From Octopus bimaculoides (taxonomy: Eukaryota), in NCBI RefSeq assembly GCF_001194135.2, contig NC_068986.1:80932397-80972490 (forward strand): 40,094 bases of DNA, written 5' to 3'. Positions 12,449-25,067 of the stretch are shown here, one piece after another (the stretch's first letter is position 1; every line of letters starts with the position of its first letter). The position numbers and the translations under genes were made by a program. The notes beneath the pieces were generated by a model that was not told where the DNA came from, made no database searches, and saw only the letters and a program-made list of their open reading frames with translations.

Positions 12449-15271
12449 NNNNNNNNNNNNNNNNNNNNNNNNNNNNNNNNNNNNNNNNNNNNNNNNNNNN
12501 NNNNNNNNNNNNNNNNNNNNNNNNNNNNNNNNNNNNNNNNNNNNNNNNNNNNNNNNNNNNNNNNNNNNNNNNNNNNNNNNNNNNNNNNNNNNNNNNNNNN
12601 NNNNNNNNNNNNNNNNNNNNNNNNNNNNNNNNNNNNNNNNNNNNNNNNNNNNNNNNNNNNNNNNNNNNNNNNNNNNNNNNNNNNNNNNNNNNNNNNNNNN
12701 NNNNNNNNNNNNNNNNNNNNNNNNNNNNNNNNNNNNNNNNNNNNNNNNNNNNNNNNNNNNNNNNNNNNNNNNNNNNNNNNNNNNNNNNNNNNNNNNNNNN
12801 NNNNNNNNNNNNNNNNNNNNNNNNNNNNNNNNNNNNNNNNNNNNNNNNNNNNNNNNNNNNNNNNNNNNNNNNNNNNNNNNNNNNNNNNNNNNNNNNNNNN
12901 NNNNNNNNNNNNNNNNNNNNNNNNNNNNNNNNNNNNNNNNNNNNNNNNNNNNNNNNNNNNNNNNNNNNNNNNNNNNNNNNNNNNNNNNNNNNNNNNNNNN
13001 NNNNNNNNNNNNNNNNNNNNNNNNNNNNNNNNNNNNNNNNNNNNNNNNNNNNNNNNNNNNNNNNNNNNNNNNNNNNNNNNNNNNNNNNNNNNNNNNNNNN
13101 NNNNNNNNNNNNNNNNNNNNNNNNNNNNNNNNNNNNNNNNNNNNNNNNNNNNNNNNNNNNNNNNNNNNNNNNNNNNNNNNNNNNNNTGCAAACAATGTAT
13201 TCCGTTGATTAATCTGTTTATTTTATAACTAAATTGACAAAAACCACAATACAGATACTTATGACATACCATGTCATATTAACAATCAAGTTTACAAAAA
13301 TAAAGGACATTTAGCAATTGGAGAAGGGACAGAAACTTACAGCTGTTTCGGCCTAGCGTTGGCATGCCCCATTCCATCTCTATAGCTCCTGTACGCTGGA
13401 GTAATAGTAGATGAAAATGATGTAATGGGGGTACATGCATGATTCGCTAGGCCTCTTCAGTGATTTACAAAATTCAATACAAATATAAAATAAGAATAAA
13501 GTAAAAAAAATACAAAAAAATAAAGAGGAAAAAATAAAAAATATAAAAAATGAAAATATAAAAAAATATAAGGCACATAAAAAAGCCTACAAACGGTATA
13601 TGGGAATATTTATGTATACATATATGTATGTATGTACGTATGTGGAAGGGGATAGATATATATGTGTATATCCCCCTTGCATGTGGTGACAGTGACTGTT
13701 GACTATTTTGGTGTGCATGTACAGCCATCTGTGTATGTGCATCTGGACACATATATGTACTCATCTATCTATGCTTTTGTATCCATAGATATCTACATAT
13801 GGTTATGCATACAGACATAGTCATGTATATTGGAGTGTTTATAACTATGTATATGGTTTTATATACTGCTATATATATATATATATATATATAGATAGAT
13901 AGATAGATAGATAGATACACACATACATACATACATACATACATATATACATATATATTTCAATTAATATCGCATATATACATACATGAATACATGCATG
14001 TGCATGTGTGTGTATGTGTGTGTATGTTTGTGTGTGTGTGTGGGGGGGGGGGGTAATGAGTTAAGAGAAATAGCACAGGGGGCAATGGCATGAATTTCGA
14101 TAACTAGAACAAAGAAAGGTGTATTAAATAATACAGAAGGTAAATGCTTCGAAAGAAAGTAAACAAAGGCAGAACGGCAATTCGATTGCAGTTGCCGCTA
14201 GGAGCTTGTTTACTTTCTTTCTTAGCGAAAATAACATCATGAAATCAAGAAAATATTTTGTAAAAAAGTTAATGCACCCTTCTTTGTACTTATTACACGC
14301 ATTCAAACACACACACACCCGAACAAATACGCACATACACACATATATCTTTAAAAGTCTCCCCCCACTCCCTAATGACGTGATGTAATAGGTATGCACT
14401 GCAAGTGTTCAGGCTAGTTTACCATTACAATTCCAGCTTGAATTGCAACTGAAACAAAGGTGGTGTGAAGGTGACTAGCAAAGATGGCTTTAAGTGGTTC
14501 GTCATTGAGCGCGTAGATATATATTACGCAGTGAGAATGAACAAGTGAAACGTCTTGTATCACTACAGAACGCGTAATTTATAATTCAAACATACTGGCA
14601 GAATAGTTAAATAAGGGATTAAGAAATAATGCGTAAAGTCTCTTACAACTGTTTCTAGAATAACTGAGCATATTTGGCATATGTCATTGAGTGAAGATTT
14701 CTACGTAAGCAAACTATTCCAATTTCAGAGAGAAAGATTTAAGGAATATCCTTAATAAAGAATATTAATAGTTACCGTTTCATCGAAGAATTAAAGCATA
14801 TACTAAGTGAAAGATATTAGTGGTTAGCAGTTCCATGATCGAAGAATTACGAAAATTGCTGGAGGATCAAGGAATATCCTAGGTAAAAGTTAATAGTAGT
14901 TACTGGTTCCATCTTCGAAGATGATGTGAGGTAGATTTTTGAGTGGAAGGCCTGCGAGGAGGACAGGATAGTGTGAAGGAAAGATAGTGTTTTAAATGCA
15001 TGAGAGTAGAGAAAAACTAACCGGTATGGTGAGGGCGTATATAACTTATGAGTTAAAAGGTTATGTATACATACATACATACATACATATATACATATAT
15101 ACATACATACATACATACATACACGCCCGCGCACACACATGTATCCACCCATACATGTATATACAAATATGCACAAACATAAGTATACGCATAGACATAG
15201 TTATACACACACATATACACAGATATACATATATACACATGTATTTACGCGAATATATATATACACATACA

Positions 15272-15324
<53 letters not shown>

Positions 15325-15652
15325 ATATATATACACACACGTACGTATCACATATACATATAAAGGAATAGGGGATACTTAAATTATTAGGGAAGGTGAG
15401 GTTCAGTGGTAAGGAGCCGAAAAGACCGTATGCGTATACATAATGGTAAGAGCCCTACTGTACCGGCGACGACCAGTGTGGACTAGGGTTATCAGATAGC
15501 CAAAGGAGTAGGATTTTATGAGGGATTAGTGCTAGAGGGTTGTAAACAAGATAGATTAAGTTCTAAGACAACAGCAGATCAGCAAAAGGGAATCTCGCAT
15601 GGACTGTGGTGGAGGTGGAGTTATAATGGTGTTAGATATTGAAGGATAAAAA

Positions 15653-15871
15653 TATTATTTTCTACTCTAGGCACAAGACCCGAAATTTTTGGGGAGGGGG
15701 CCAGTCAATTAGATCGACCCCAGTATGCAACTGGTACTTAATTTGTCGACCCCGAAAGGATGAAAAGCAAAGTCGACCTCGGCGGAATTTGAACTCAGAA
15801 TGTAAAGACAGACGAAATATCGCTAAGCATTTCGTCCAGCGTGCTAACGTTTCTGCCAGCTCACCGCCTTA
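15653..15871 (-). mobile_element. SINE family B, tail variant 2, with 12-bp TSD
   Basis: TSD gaaggataaaaa at 15641-15652 and 15872-15883; family B head and core. Confidence 0.92.
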
Positions 15872-16217
15872 GAAGGATAAAAAGTGTCTGTTCATTGGGA
15901 ATAAATAACATATTAAGTCATCACTAGATTCGAATAGAGTGAACTATAACATATAAAGATGAAATAAATAAAGTGATAATAAATAAGGTGGATACAGTAA
16001 TTAATGTAATAATAATAGCAAACAGGTTGAGTAAAAAAAATCTGATAAAGGAAGTATATACAGTTTAGTTTAATTAGTGATTAATTTTAATGGACTTTAC
16101 GCATTATTTCTTAATCCTTTATTTACTATAAATACTCTACAATTGTCTGAATTATAAATTAAATGCTTTTATAGTGACACTTTATGTTTTACTTGTTCAT
16201 TCTGTCTCTCTTATACA

Positions 16218-16248
<31 letters not shown>

Positions 16249-16282
16249 GTACATACATATACATATGTGTGTGTGTGTGTGT

Positions 16283-16478
16283 TGATCTTTTTTTCTTTTA
16301 CCTGTTTCAGTCATTAGATTGCAACCAGAACTTTCTTTTTTAAGTTCGCTACTTATTCTATCGGTTTCTTTTGCCGAAACGCTAGATTAAGACTTAAAAA
16401 CACTAGCACCAGTTGTCAAGAGGGAGAGGGGGGACAGTTAGAGACACAAAGATACCACACACACACACACACACACAA

Positions 16479-16513
<35 letters not shown>

Positions 16514-16519
16514 GTGTGT

Positions 16520-16559
<40 letters not shown>

Positions 16560-16598
16560 GAGGGACTTCTTTCAGTTTCCGTCTAACAAATCTATTAT
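16283..16598 (-). mobile_element. SINE family A, internally deleted diverged copy
   Basis: cctgtttcagtcattag...tacttattctatcggtttcttttgccgaaacgctag...(CA/TA)n...cttctttcagtttccgtctaacaaatc. Confidence 0.85.
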
Positions 16599-16806
16599 GC
16601 ACGCATACGCACAGATACATACACACGCATGTATGTATGTATGTATGTATGTATGTATCGATTCGATTTTGTTAGTATGATATAACATGCATATTAACGT
16701 TATAGACAACCATTAATATTCATTACTGAAGAAATATACTATCAATAAAAATTTGCAAATTTCCATAATATGCCACACAGTAGAACAGGTATGTATTTAT
16801 ACTCAT

Positions 16807-17030
16807 CGAGGGGCGAAGCTTATGTAAATTGGCAACCCCATTTTGTTTATATTTCCATGCAATTTACGTTTCATTTTAACATCATAAACCTTTAATATTT
16901 TAATATTTATTGATGAATATATTATTTGAAAGGTGTTACTTAAATAGTAAATTAGTTATTCTTGCAATTGTTGTTGACATGTTCTGGTTGGAGAGTTACG
17001 ATAATCCGGCGAATATAAGGGATAATAAAT
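16807..17030 (-). mobile_element. Possible highly decayed mariner 3' remnant
   Basis: cgaggggcg...gtaaattggcaac resembles mariner TIRs (CGAGGGGCG...), and a minus frame has PLYSPDY, similar to the PYSPDL motif. Confidence 0.3.
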
Positions 17031-18094
17031 TATGAATAATGAATAAATTTTCAATTGTGTGTACGTACATACTCGTCTATACGTATACACGTGTACATAC
17101 ATACAAATATTAACGTGTGAATGTGTATGAAATTTGCCCAGTAGGAAGCCAGAAAGATCATAATCCAAATGAAATGGGTTGGGTAAAGTGGATATGTGGT
17201 AAAGAGTTCTATTAGGTGCAAAACGCCCCGTATAGAGAGGTCTTCTGTTTCACTGACCTCGTGAAATAGATAAGATCTCCAGAGAGTCTGTTGTAACTAA
17301 TAAGCATATATATGCATATCAATATGAACATTTGAAACAGCTTTGGGTTAATATAACAATGGGTAAAAAATTATAATGTATATACAAACGTAGAATGGTC
17401 CTAGCTGAAATATTTTGTCTCAGACAAACTTCTCAAGGGGACTTGTGTGTTACAAAAAAAAAAAAGATAAATAAAATAAAGAAGAAGAAAGAAAAAGATC
17501 TATCGTTATATAGCATCAGCGACAATGAAGAAAATGTTTATATAACAAATATCAAAGAATAGGATTGACTTTCTGTAAATAAAGAAGCAGAGACTCAATA
17601 AGAAAGTACAAACGTATAGAAGAATTACCAGGTAGACTTGAGTTCTTGTTTCAATATTGAGAAAACCACACAGAAGAAAGACAGTTTACAAATAATTTCC
17701 AGTCTCCTGTGAGAACCTATGAACAACAGAATGCGGTTTGAAAAAACACAAAATAATTGGATACATGTAGTTCTTTGAGGAACTTCTAAAAAGTCAAAGA
17801 ACTTTCAATGAATTCCAAAGAATTCTAAAGAAATTCTACTTATGTAATTGTATTGTGGTTAGCCTTGTTTTAGTGATGATATTTTGAAACTAACTCAATC
17901 CCTGAATTCAGCCGATTATCGGAAGATGTCAAAATGAGTAATTTTTTTAAAGTTGTGTTTAAGAAGCTCGATCCAGATTCTCCAGACTATGGCCTGAAAA
18001 TTCAACTATTAATCCTTTGAGAAAACGATTTAATATTGAGAGAAAGACAAAAGGAGACTAGAGTTTAGTAATGGTTTTCAACTTCTTACGAAAT

Positions 18095-19310
18095 ACCTTT
18101 TCAGCAACATTTGGCTTCAAGAGAACCTTCGACACAAAACGCAGCTGAAATACTTGTTCACTATTACAAGACAAGAGTCCCTTGTACGAATATGATATAC
18201 CTAGGATACCTTCAAAATCATTACAAATACACACAGAAAAACTAAAGTTATATATAAGATTAATTGTGATACCTTAACACTAAGTATCAAATTTACAATA
18301 AATGAGCAGGCAGAATGTTTAGCGTTCCACAAAGTAATATTACATCTAAGCGCTCATAAAGACAAGTGTGAAGCTTATCCTAAATGTGGGTTCATGAACC
18401 CGGAAAAGAGTAAATGAGGTGTAGTTAGGAAACATGTTTTAGATGCAATTATCAGAAATCAGTCAAGCTTAGAATTACCTCTATGGAATAATAGGTAGCC
18501 ATTTATTATCTATTCGATTTCAACAAATAGATAATAAACTTTGTAAAAGGTTGAACTAGATTGATAGAGTAAATTTTTGCTCATTCATTTCTTCTTAGCA
18601 GGAATTTTATTACTTTGACATTAACATTATCATGCATGTCAGGAAGTTTTTTTTTACTACTTTTGAAGACTGTGCTTCGCTAAAGCGCAATACCAACGAA
18701 TTCTTTTTATCTGGCTACGGGCTTGTAGGATGATGATGATGATGATGTTATTGATCGTAGATGAATGGTGTTATATATTTTGATTATCTCCGGGAAAAAA
18801 TCCAGCTTCACAGACTTTCGGTATTACTGATGACCTCTTTAATCCCTGCCATATGAACGACCAGCAGTCATACAGGCTTAAGAAAACTCTAATAGATGCA
18901 GAGTTTAACTTAAAAATTAAAATCATTACTAATAGCAATGTAGTCATTCATTTTTTGTCTTTCAGATATTACATGAGACTTAAGCATAAGTAAATATTTC
19001 CCATATTGGGAGTTTAATAATTGGTGTTAATCGTGCAGAACTCTACTATAATGTCTTGAAACACAATATCTACCACGTGTTAACACCTCAGAAAACAATA
19101 CGAGACTACTGAGGCGCTACATTATTTGGTTTAATCCTCTGCATAGTCTGAGTGTGGCATCAAACTTCATCCGAACTTTCTTCAGCCTGACCCAGTATTC
19201 CTCGACTGGCCACAAGTTTTTATCAAATATTTAACCAGAGCATTTTGAAAGTTAGCTTCAGTCGTGCAAACGGCCTCAAAATCCTGATCTCTAGCATAAC
19301 CAGAAAAACT
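18095..19310 (+). mobile_element. Decayed Penelope-like element, reverse-transcriptase region
   Basis: Frameshifted motifs ATFGFKR; LSAHKDKCEAYPKCGFMNPEKSK*GVVRKHVLDAII...LPLWNN (18298-18500); DINIIMHVRK; RLKKTLIDAEFNLKIKIITNSNVV; RRYIIWFNPLHSLSVASNF (19112 onward); IFNQSILKVSFS. These match my recollection of the LKDHK..PKCRLINP.KSE.G and IIWFNPP.S..IFNRNTVKVSYS pattern of C-terminal-GIY-YIG PLEs. Confidence 0.85.
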
Positions 19311-19347
19311 ACAACGACACAGTTCCATGTTTACCAACATTTCTATA

Positions 19348-19386
<39 letters not shown>

Positions 19387-19410
19387 ATGTATGTATGTAT
19401 ATATGTATAT

Positions 19411-19701
19411 GATGGACTCTGCCGTCGAAAATGACGTATGAGTATTCAGTTTTTTTGCCGAACGACATGCACAAAAGGTTCGTTTATAGTGACCAAATTT
19501 ATGTGCTGTACGTTAGCTCACTCCGTCCATCAAATCGACGTTGCCTGAACAGGAGCACAGTGTGCCACACATTGGGTATCGAAGCGATTGCAGAGCAATG
19601 TGAGATGAAGTGTTTTGCTCAAGAACACAACGCACCACCCGGTCTAGGAATTGAAACCACGATCTCGCGATTGTGAGTGCAACATCCTGATCCCTAGGCC
19701 A
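19411..19701 (-). mobile_element. SINE family C (tRNA head plus CORE/V-like box)
   Basis: Reverse complement reads tggcctagggatcagg...ggtttcaattcc (B-box)...gttgtgttcttgagcaaaacacttcatctcacattgctc. Confidence 0.75.
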
Positions 19702-20599
19702 GTATATATATATANNNNNNNNNNNNNNNNNNNNNNNNNNNNNNNNNNNNNNNNNNNNNNNNNNNNNNNNNNNNNNNNNNNNNNNNNNNNNNNNNNNNNN
19801 NNNNNNNNNNNNNNNNNNNNNNNNNNNNNNNNNNNNNNNNNNNNNNNNNNNNNNNNNNNNNNNNNNNNNNNNNNNNNNNNNNNNNNNNNNNNNNNNNNNN
19901 NNNNNNNNNNNNNNNNNNNNNNNNNNNNNNNNNNNNNNNNNNNNNNNNNNNNNNNNNNNNNNNNNNNNNNNNNNNNNNNNNNNNNNNNNNNNNNNNNNNN
20001 NNNNNNNNNNNNNNNNNNNNNNNNNNNNNNNNNNNNNNNNNNNNNNNNNNNNNNNNNNNNNNNNNNNNNNNNNNNNNNNNNNNNNNNNNNNNNNNNNNNN
20101 NNNNNNNNNNNNNNNNNNNNNNNNNNNNNNNNNNNNNNNNNNNNNNNNNNNNNNNNNNNNNNNNNNNNNNNNNNNNNNNNNNNNNNNNNNNNNNNNNNNN
20201 NNNNNNNNNNNNNNNNNNNNNNNNNNNNNNNNNNNNNNNNNNNNNNNNNNNNNNNNNNNNNNNNNNNNNNNNNNNNNNNNNNNNNNNNNNNNNNNNNNNN
20301 NNNNNNNNNNNNNNNNNNNNNNNNNNNNNNNNNNNNNNNNNNNNNNNNNNNNNNNNNNNNNNNNNNNNNNNNNNNNNNNNNNNNNNNNNNNNNNNNNNNN
20401 NNNNNNNNNNNNNNNNNNNNNNNNNNNNNNNNNNNNNNNNNNNNNNNNNNNNNNNNNNNNNNNNNNNNNNNNNNNNNNNNNNNNNNNNNNNNNNNNNNNN
20501 NNNNNNNNNNNNNNNNNNNNNNNNNNNNNNNNNNNNNNNNNNNNNATATGTATATATATTACATTATCTTCGATGAAATTGGCTCAGGCGATGGTCGGA

Positions 20600-21990
20600 A
20601 AGATCGTTTGCTAACTTTTAGTGACGCTTTACATAAATATTTGACTGGTATGTAGAAGAAATCTACTCCATAGACGTTAAAACTTGCAAGTTACTAACAT
20701 CAAATGGAAGCATCTACAGAAATAGTGATATCGACAAGCTCTACCTAAGAAGAGATAAAGGAGGTAGAGGATTGAGATCAGTGCACACAGCCTTCGAGTG
20801 TCATATAGTCTCTCACAGAAAGCGCTTGCTAAACAACATCAGCAAAACTAAATACATCGACTTAGTATTGAAAAGTGAAGGGAATAATATCCTAAGTGTC
20901 GGCAGCGAGCTCCTCAGGAAACAATCTCTTCCTGATGACCTCCCATTCAACCCCAAAACAGCTGGACTAATTAACATACCTCAAAGAAGACCTTGATGTG
21001 AAATGCTCAGCATATCAAAAAAAGGACATGCATTGATATGTTTCCCGAAGGCTTGAAGAAGAATGTAATATTAGTTTCAAATCTTGGCAAAAGCCAGAAA
21101 TTCCGGGGATATGGTATGTGGTAAGTCAATGACATCGACCCCACCCCCCGCCAGTGTTCAACTGGTACTTATTTTATCGAGCCAAAAGGATGGGAGGCAA
21201 AGTCAACCTTGGTGGAATTTGAACTCAGAGCGTACAGACCGACGAAATGCCGCTAAGCATTATACCTGTTCTGCCACTTCGCCGCCCCAGAAGAAGAGAA
21301 TAATACTAATATGAAGCGAAAACTCTCTTCGACTCGTGACCACAGCATCTCATTAAACTTCTAAGGCTATGCATTTGCAATATAAGAACAGAATATTGCT
21401 ACGAAATACCTAATCAACGAAAGAGACAATGAAGCCCTTGGTGTTCCGAGATGAAACCGAAAATGTAGATTATGTCATATTTCTGCGGAATACGTCTCAG
21501 CTGGGATTAACCGCTTGTCAAAATTGTCACCAAGGTACTATCTCCCTATGCGACACGACGTTGTCGCAAGAGTAATATACAACGCCATTCAGAAAAAAAA
21601 AAAAAAAAAAAAAAAAAAAGAGACTGTTCTGGAACCAATACAGAGAATCCACTCATTATTGAATGCACACACAAACAACAGCACAAATAATACTAGTGAA
21701 ACATTTCCATCAAGCATCGGTCAAGTGTGTACCATCTTAGAGGTCAGCTGTCCTACTGACGTAAATATCAGTTTGAAAGAGGATAACTATGGACAACTGC
21801 TTCAAAAACTCTAGCTTCTATATCCAGATTATAGGTTCACATTTATACCAATAATAACTGGTGTACAAGGATTTGTGAGTAAATGCCTAAGCAACAATCT
21901 GGATAAACTTGGATTTTCAGAAAAAGAAATCAACCAACTAATTCGCACGTTACAATTTCAATCTGTAAGTGCAATCATGCAAGACTGTTC
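20600..21990 (+). mobile_element. R4/Dong-like RLE LINE, 3' ~1.2 kb, decayed and interrupted by a SINE
   Basis: DWYVEEIYSIDVKTCKLLTSNGSIYRNSDIDKLYLRRDKGGRGLR (20643 onward); LSPRYYLPMRHDVVARVIYNAI; CTILEVSCPTDVNISLK; LLYPDYRFTFIPII; NLDKLGFSEKEINQLIRTLQ. Confidence 0.92.
21093..21286 (-). mobile_element. SINE family B (tail variant 2) inserted into the R4-like LINE
   Basis: catcgacccc...caactggtacttattttatcga...ggaatttgaactcag...gccgctaagcat; LINE coding similarity resumes on both sides. Confidence 0.88.
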
Positions 21991-22087
21991 TTGCATGGGT
22001 TTATAATGTGAGAAATAATTCAATTAATGGAATAACATGTCTCGAAACACTTACATACATGCATACATACATACATACATACATACA

Positions 22088-22119
<32 letters not shown>

Positions 22120-22184
22120 CACATACATATATACATAAATACGGCAGCAACACTGATAACGTATTAATTAAGCAATATTAGAAA

Positions 22185-22930
22185 CCGGCCAAATGAAAAC
22201 TGTAACCGTTAACAAAAGAAAGAACCTAAGTCAATGTATATAGACCAATCCGATTATCGAAAAACGACAGTTCTCACCTGGAGATTGAATGTACATGAAC
22301 CTCGAGCAGTGAGAAAAAGAATATATTTTATTTAGCAATGAATCTGCATCGAAATAACTAACTGTGATCGTCAGGTATGTTAGACAAGTTGGAAAATATT
22401 CTAGCAGCATGCAAGACATCCCTGTTAGAACATTCCTGGTGGCATATCCAAGTTTTGAACCTTCTTTCAATGCACTAATGCAGAAGCATCACTGCGATGT
22501 GAATCATCATCCGATTTTTTTCCTCGGGGAAGAGGCAGAAATATAATGCAAATCTATATGCAAATGAAAGCCAATATCTAACTATCTAAATAATGCCAAT
22601 GGCTGAAATGAGGTGGGGTGGATCTGAAGAAAATGCTCGTGTTTCCCAGTCATATTACAACAATAGGGCATAATTTGACCAAACATAAACAGTGGTGATT
22701 GTAGAGTAGATCGCACCTTGGGAGTCTATATGGGAATGTCATGAAAGGGACTGCTTAAAATATGAAGAACTGAGAGAAGCAAATAAGACACGTATAGTAT
22801 TTTCAGTGGAGATGGGATATTGTGAGCCTGGATCTAGTTGGCCGGCTTTGCACTTGGAAGGAAAGGAGGAGAAAGGATTTAGGAACTGCAGAAGAAAGAA
22901 GAGACAGTTTCATCATGGCTAAAACAGAGG
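22185..22930 (+). mobile_element. HERO-like RLE non-LTR retrotransposon, decayed 3' fragment
   Basis: LENILAACKTSLLEHSWWHIQVL (22389 onward; compare LEHILS.C..AL..GRY.WRH.QVL); VDLKKMLVFPSHIT (22618 onward); VVIVE*IAPWE...HERDCLKYEELRE...FSVEMG (22692 onward; compare ELTVPWE...ERK..KYEEL...VEVGCRGF). Confidence 0.8.
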
Positions 22931-23784
22931 TATATTAGAGACAGAGCACAGGTGAGACTGGCAACTATATCTTCAACAAGAATTAAAATGAACATTGGGT
23001 GGTTAAAGAAGCCTCCTAGTTTGGTAGGGTGATTGCACAGACGAGAAATAAAACCCTGCTATGTTTTGAACCAAAAGAATCCGGATATTCTCTAGTAGCA
23101 ACGTTGCTACACGGTTCCGAAAGCGAAAAGGATACAAATATATCGTGGGGAATCATTGTGATCACCAGTCGACAAATAATGAAAGGTATGACCAGCAGTG
23201 CAAGTTCAGTGTATGTGTGTGTGCGTCTGTGTGCACGTGCGTGTGTATGTATGAGCGCGTGCGTGTGTGCGTTGTATATATGTGGGGGGCACGCGCGCGT
23301 GCGTGTGTGTAGATAGATAGATAGATAGATAGATAGCCGATATAAACTCAGCTGGGTGGTTGAATCACCAGTCACGTTTTACATCGAATATAGAGAAGAG
23401 GAGAGAGAGTAAAAATAGACAGATATATATATATATATAAGGGGGTGAATAACGGGTGTTTTATGACTTTCTAAAAAATAAAAATTTTTTAGATTAAATT
23501 TTACAGAGATGAAGGAGATTGCAACTACGTTGATAACATTTCAAAAATTAAAAATATATTTATTATAAAAATGCAACATGAAAAATTTGTTTCATTATAT
23601 TTCATAGTAAAGCATTAAGTTATTTTTTTGAAAGTTGCTGTGTTCACTAAGCCATTTTGTACAAGCAACGAGGAATTTTGTTAAAAGCTAAATTATAACT
23701 ATTATACATATACCATGTTTCTGGACATGTCCGATAAAGGTAAAATTTAAACGTCGCATGACGGATTACGCTCTAGTATAGATA

Positions 23785-24092
<308 letters not shown>

Positions 24093-24384
24093 AAATACAT
24101 ACACACACTGTGCAATTGGCTGTCCTGACTTCATCCGTCTTTTGACGGGCTTTGTTTTTCATAACGCAGGGTGTCCAAAAGCCACCCTGTTCACCAAGTA
24201 AACCATTCACGCTCTGTGGTGTTGCCGGTTTTGTCACCGTACGGCTTGACCATGCAACTGGTTGTACTGGATACATGTCGGGGGCACATAAGAGCGATCT
24301 TACATAAATATTTGTATATGGATATATATATCGTGGGCATCGGTACCATTTTCCTCTTTCTCCGTTCTTCCATTCTCCGAACTT

Positions 24385-24425
24385 TCCATCTTTCCGACGA
24401 AGGGCTACGCCCGAAACGTCATACA
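24385..24425 (+). ncRNA. Degenerate minimal type I hammerhead-ribozyme-like motif (probable Penelope-like terminal repeat)
   Basis: ccgacga (core CUGANGA with U to C), a, gggc-tac-gccc (stem II), gaaa-cg-tc (palindromic mini stem III, predicted cut after 24420). Confidence 0.6.
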
Positions 24426-24783
24426 CTCTCTCTTTCCTTTCCTGAGCGTCCAATAATACTATCCATATCACGTCCTCACTTTGTTGTTTTTTTGTTATTG
24501 TTTTTTTTNNNNNNNNNNNNNNNNNNNNNNNNNNNNNNNNNNNNNNNNNNNNNNNNNNNNNNNNNNNNNNNNNNNNNNNNNNNNNNNNNNNNNNNNNNNN
24601 NNNNNNNNNNNNNNNNNNNNNNNNNNNNNNNNNNNNNNNNNNNNNNNNNNNNNNNNNNNNNNNNNNNNNNNNNNNNNNNNNNNNNNNNNNNNNNNNNNNN
24701 NNNNATATATATATATATATATATACGAAGACCAAGAAGAAATCTTGAGAAACAGAGTTTATTTTAACGAGATACCTCTTGAA

Positions 24784-24881
24784 ATCACCTGAGGAGACAC
24801 ATTTACACCAATGGATACACCTACACCTAAACCCATCCGCGAGGGATCGATACCAGATGGGTTGGAAACAATTGTAGTCAT
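24784..24881 (+). ncRNA. Type I hammerhead-ribozyme-like motif with long stem II insert
   Basis: atcac (stem I 5'), CTGAGGA 24789-24795, insert with perfect 8-bp stem aacccatc/gatgggtt, GAAAC-AATT-GTA 24865-24876 (palindrome ACAATTGT), gtcat (stem I 3', 4/5 pairs). The base of stem II is imperfect. Confidence 0.5.
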
Positions 24882-25067
24882 CAGTAGTCTCGTATCTTCC
24901 TTATTCCGTCTGTCATTAATCAAATACCCAACGAACCCCGAGCCAGTGAGTGTGCTTTACCGGCAAGCTACCAGGCGTATACCATACGATTCATTAACAG
25001 ATTATATATATGCTTGTGTGTGTATATACACATATACACAATTCATTTTTGGTAGCGTGTAAATATT

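Noticed and set aside
15365-15635. Possible I-clade LINE C-terminal remnant (also CPNC at about 32270)
   Set aside because: Only loose motif resemblance; not distinguishable from chance.
18408-18425. In-frame TGA in the Penelope-like RT as a possible selenocysteine codon
   Set aside because: It does not fall at an expected Cys position, the element also has TAG stops and frameshifts, and no SECIS is evident.
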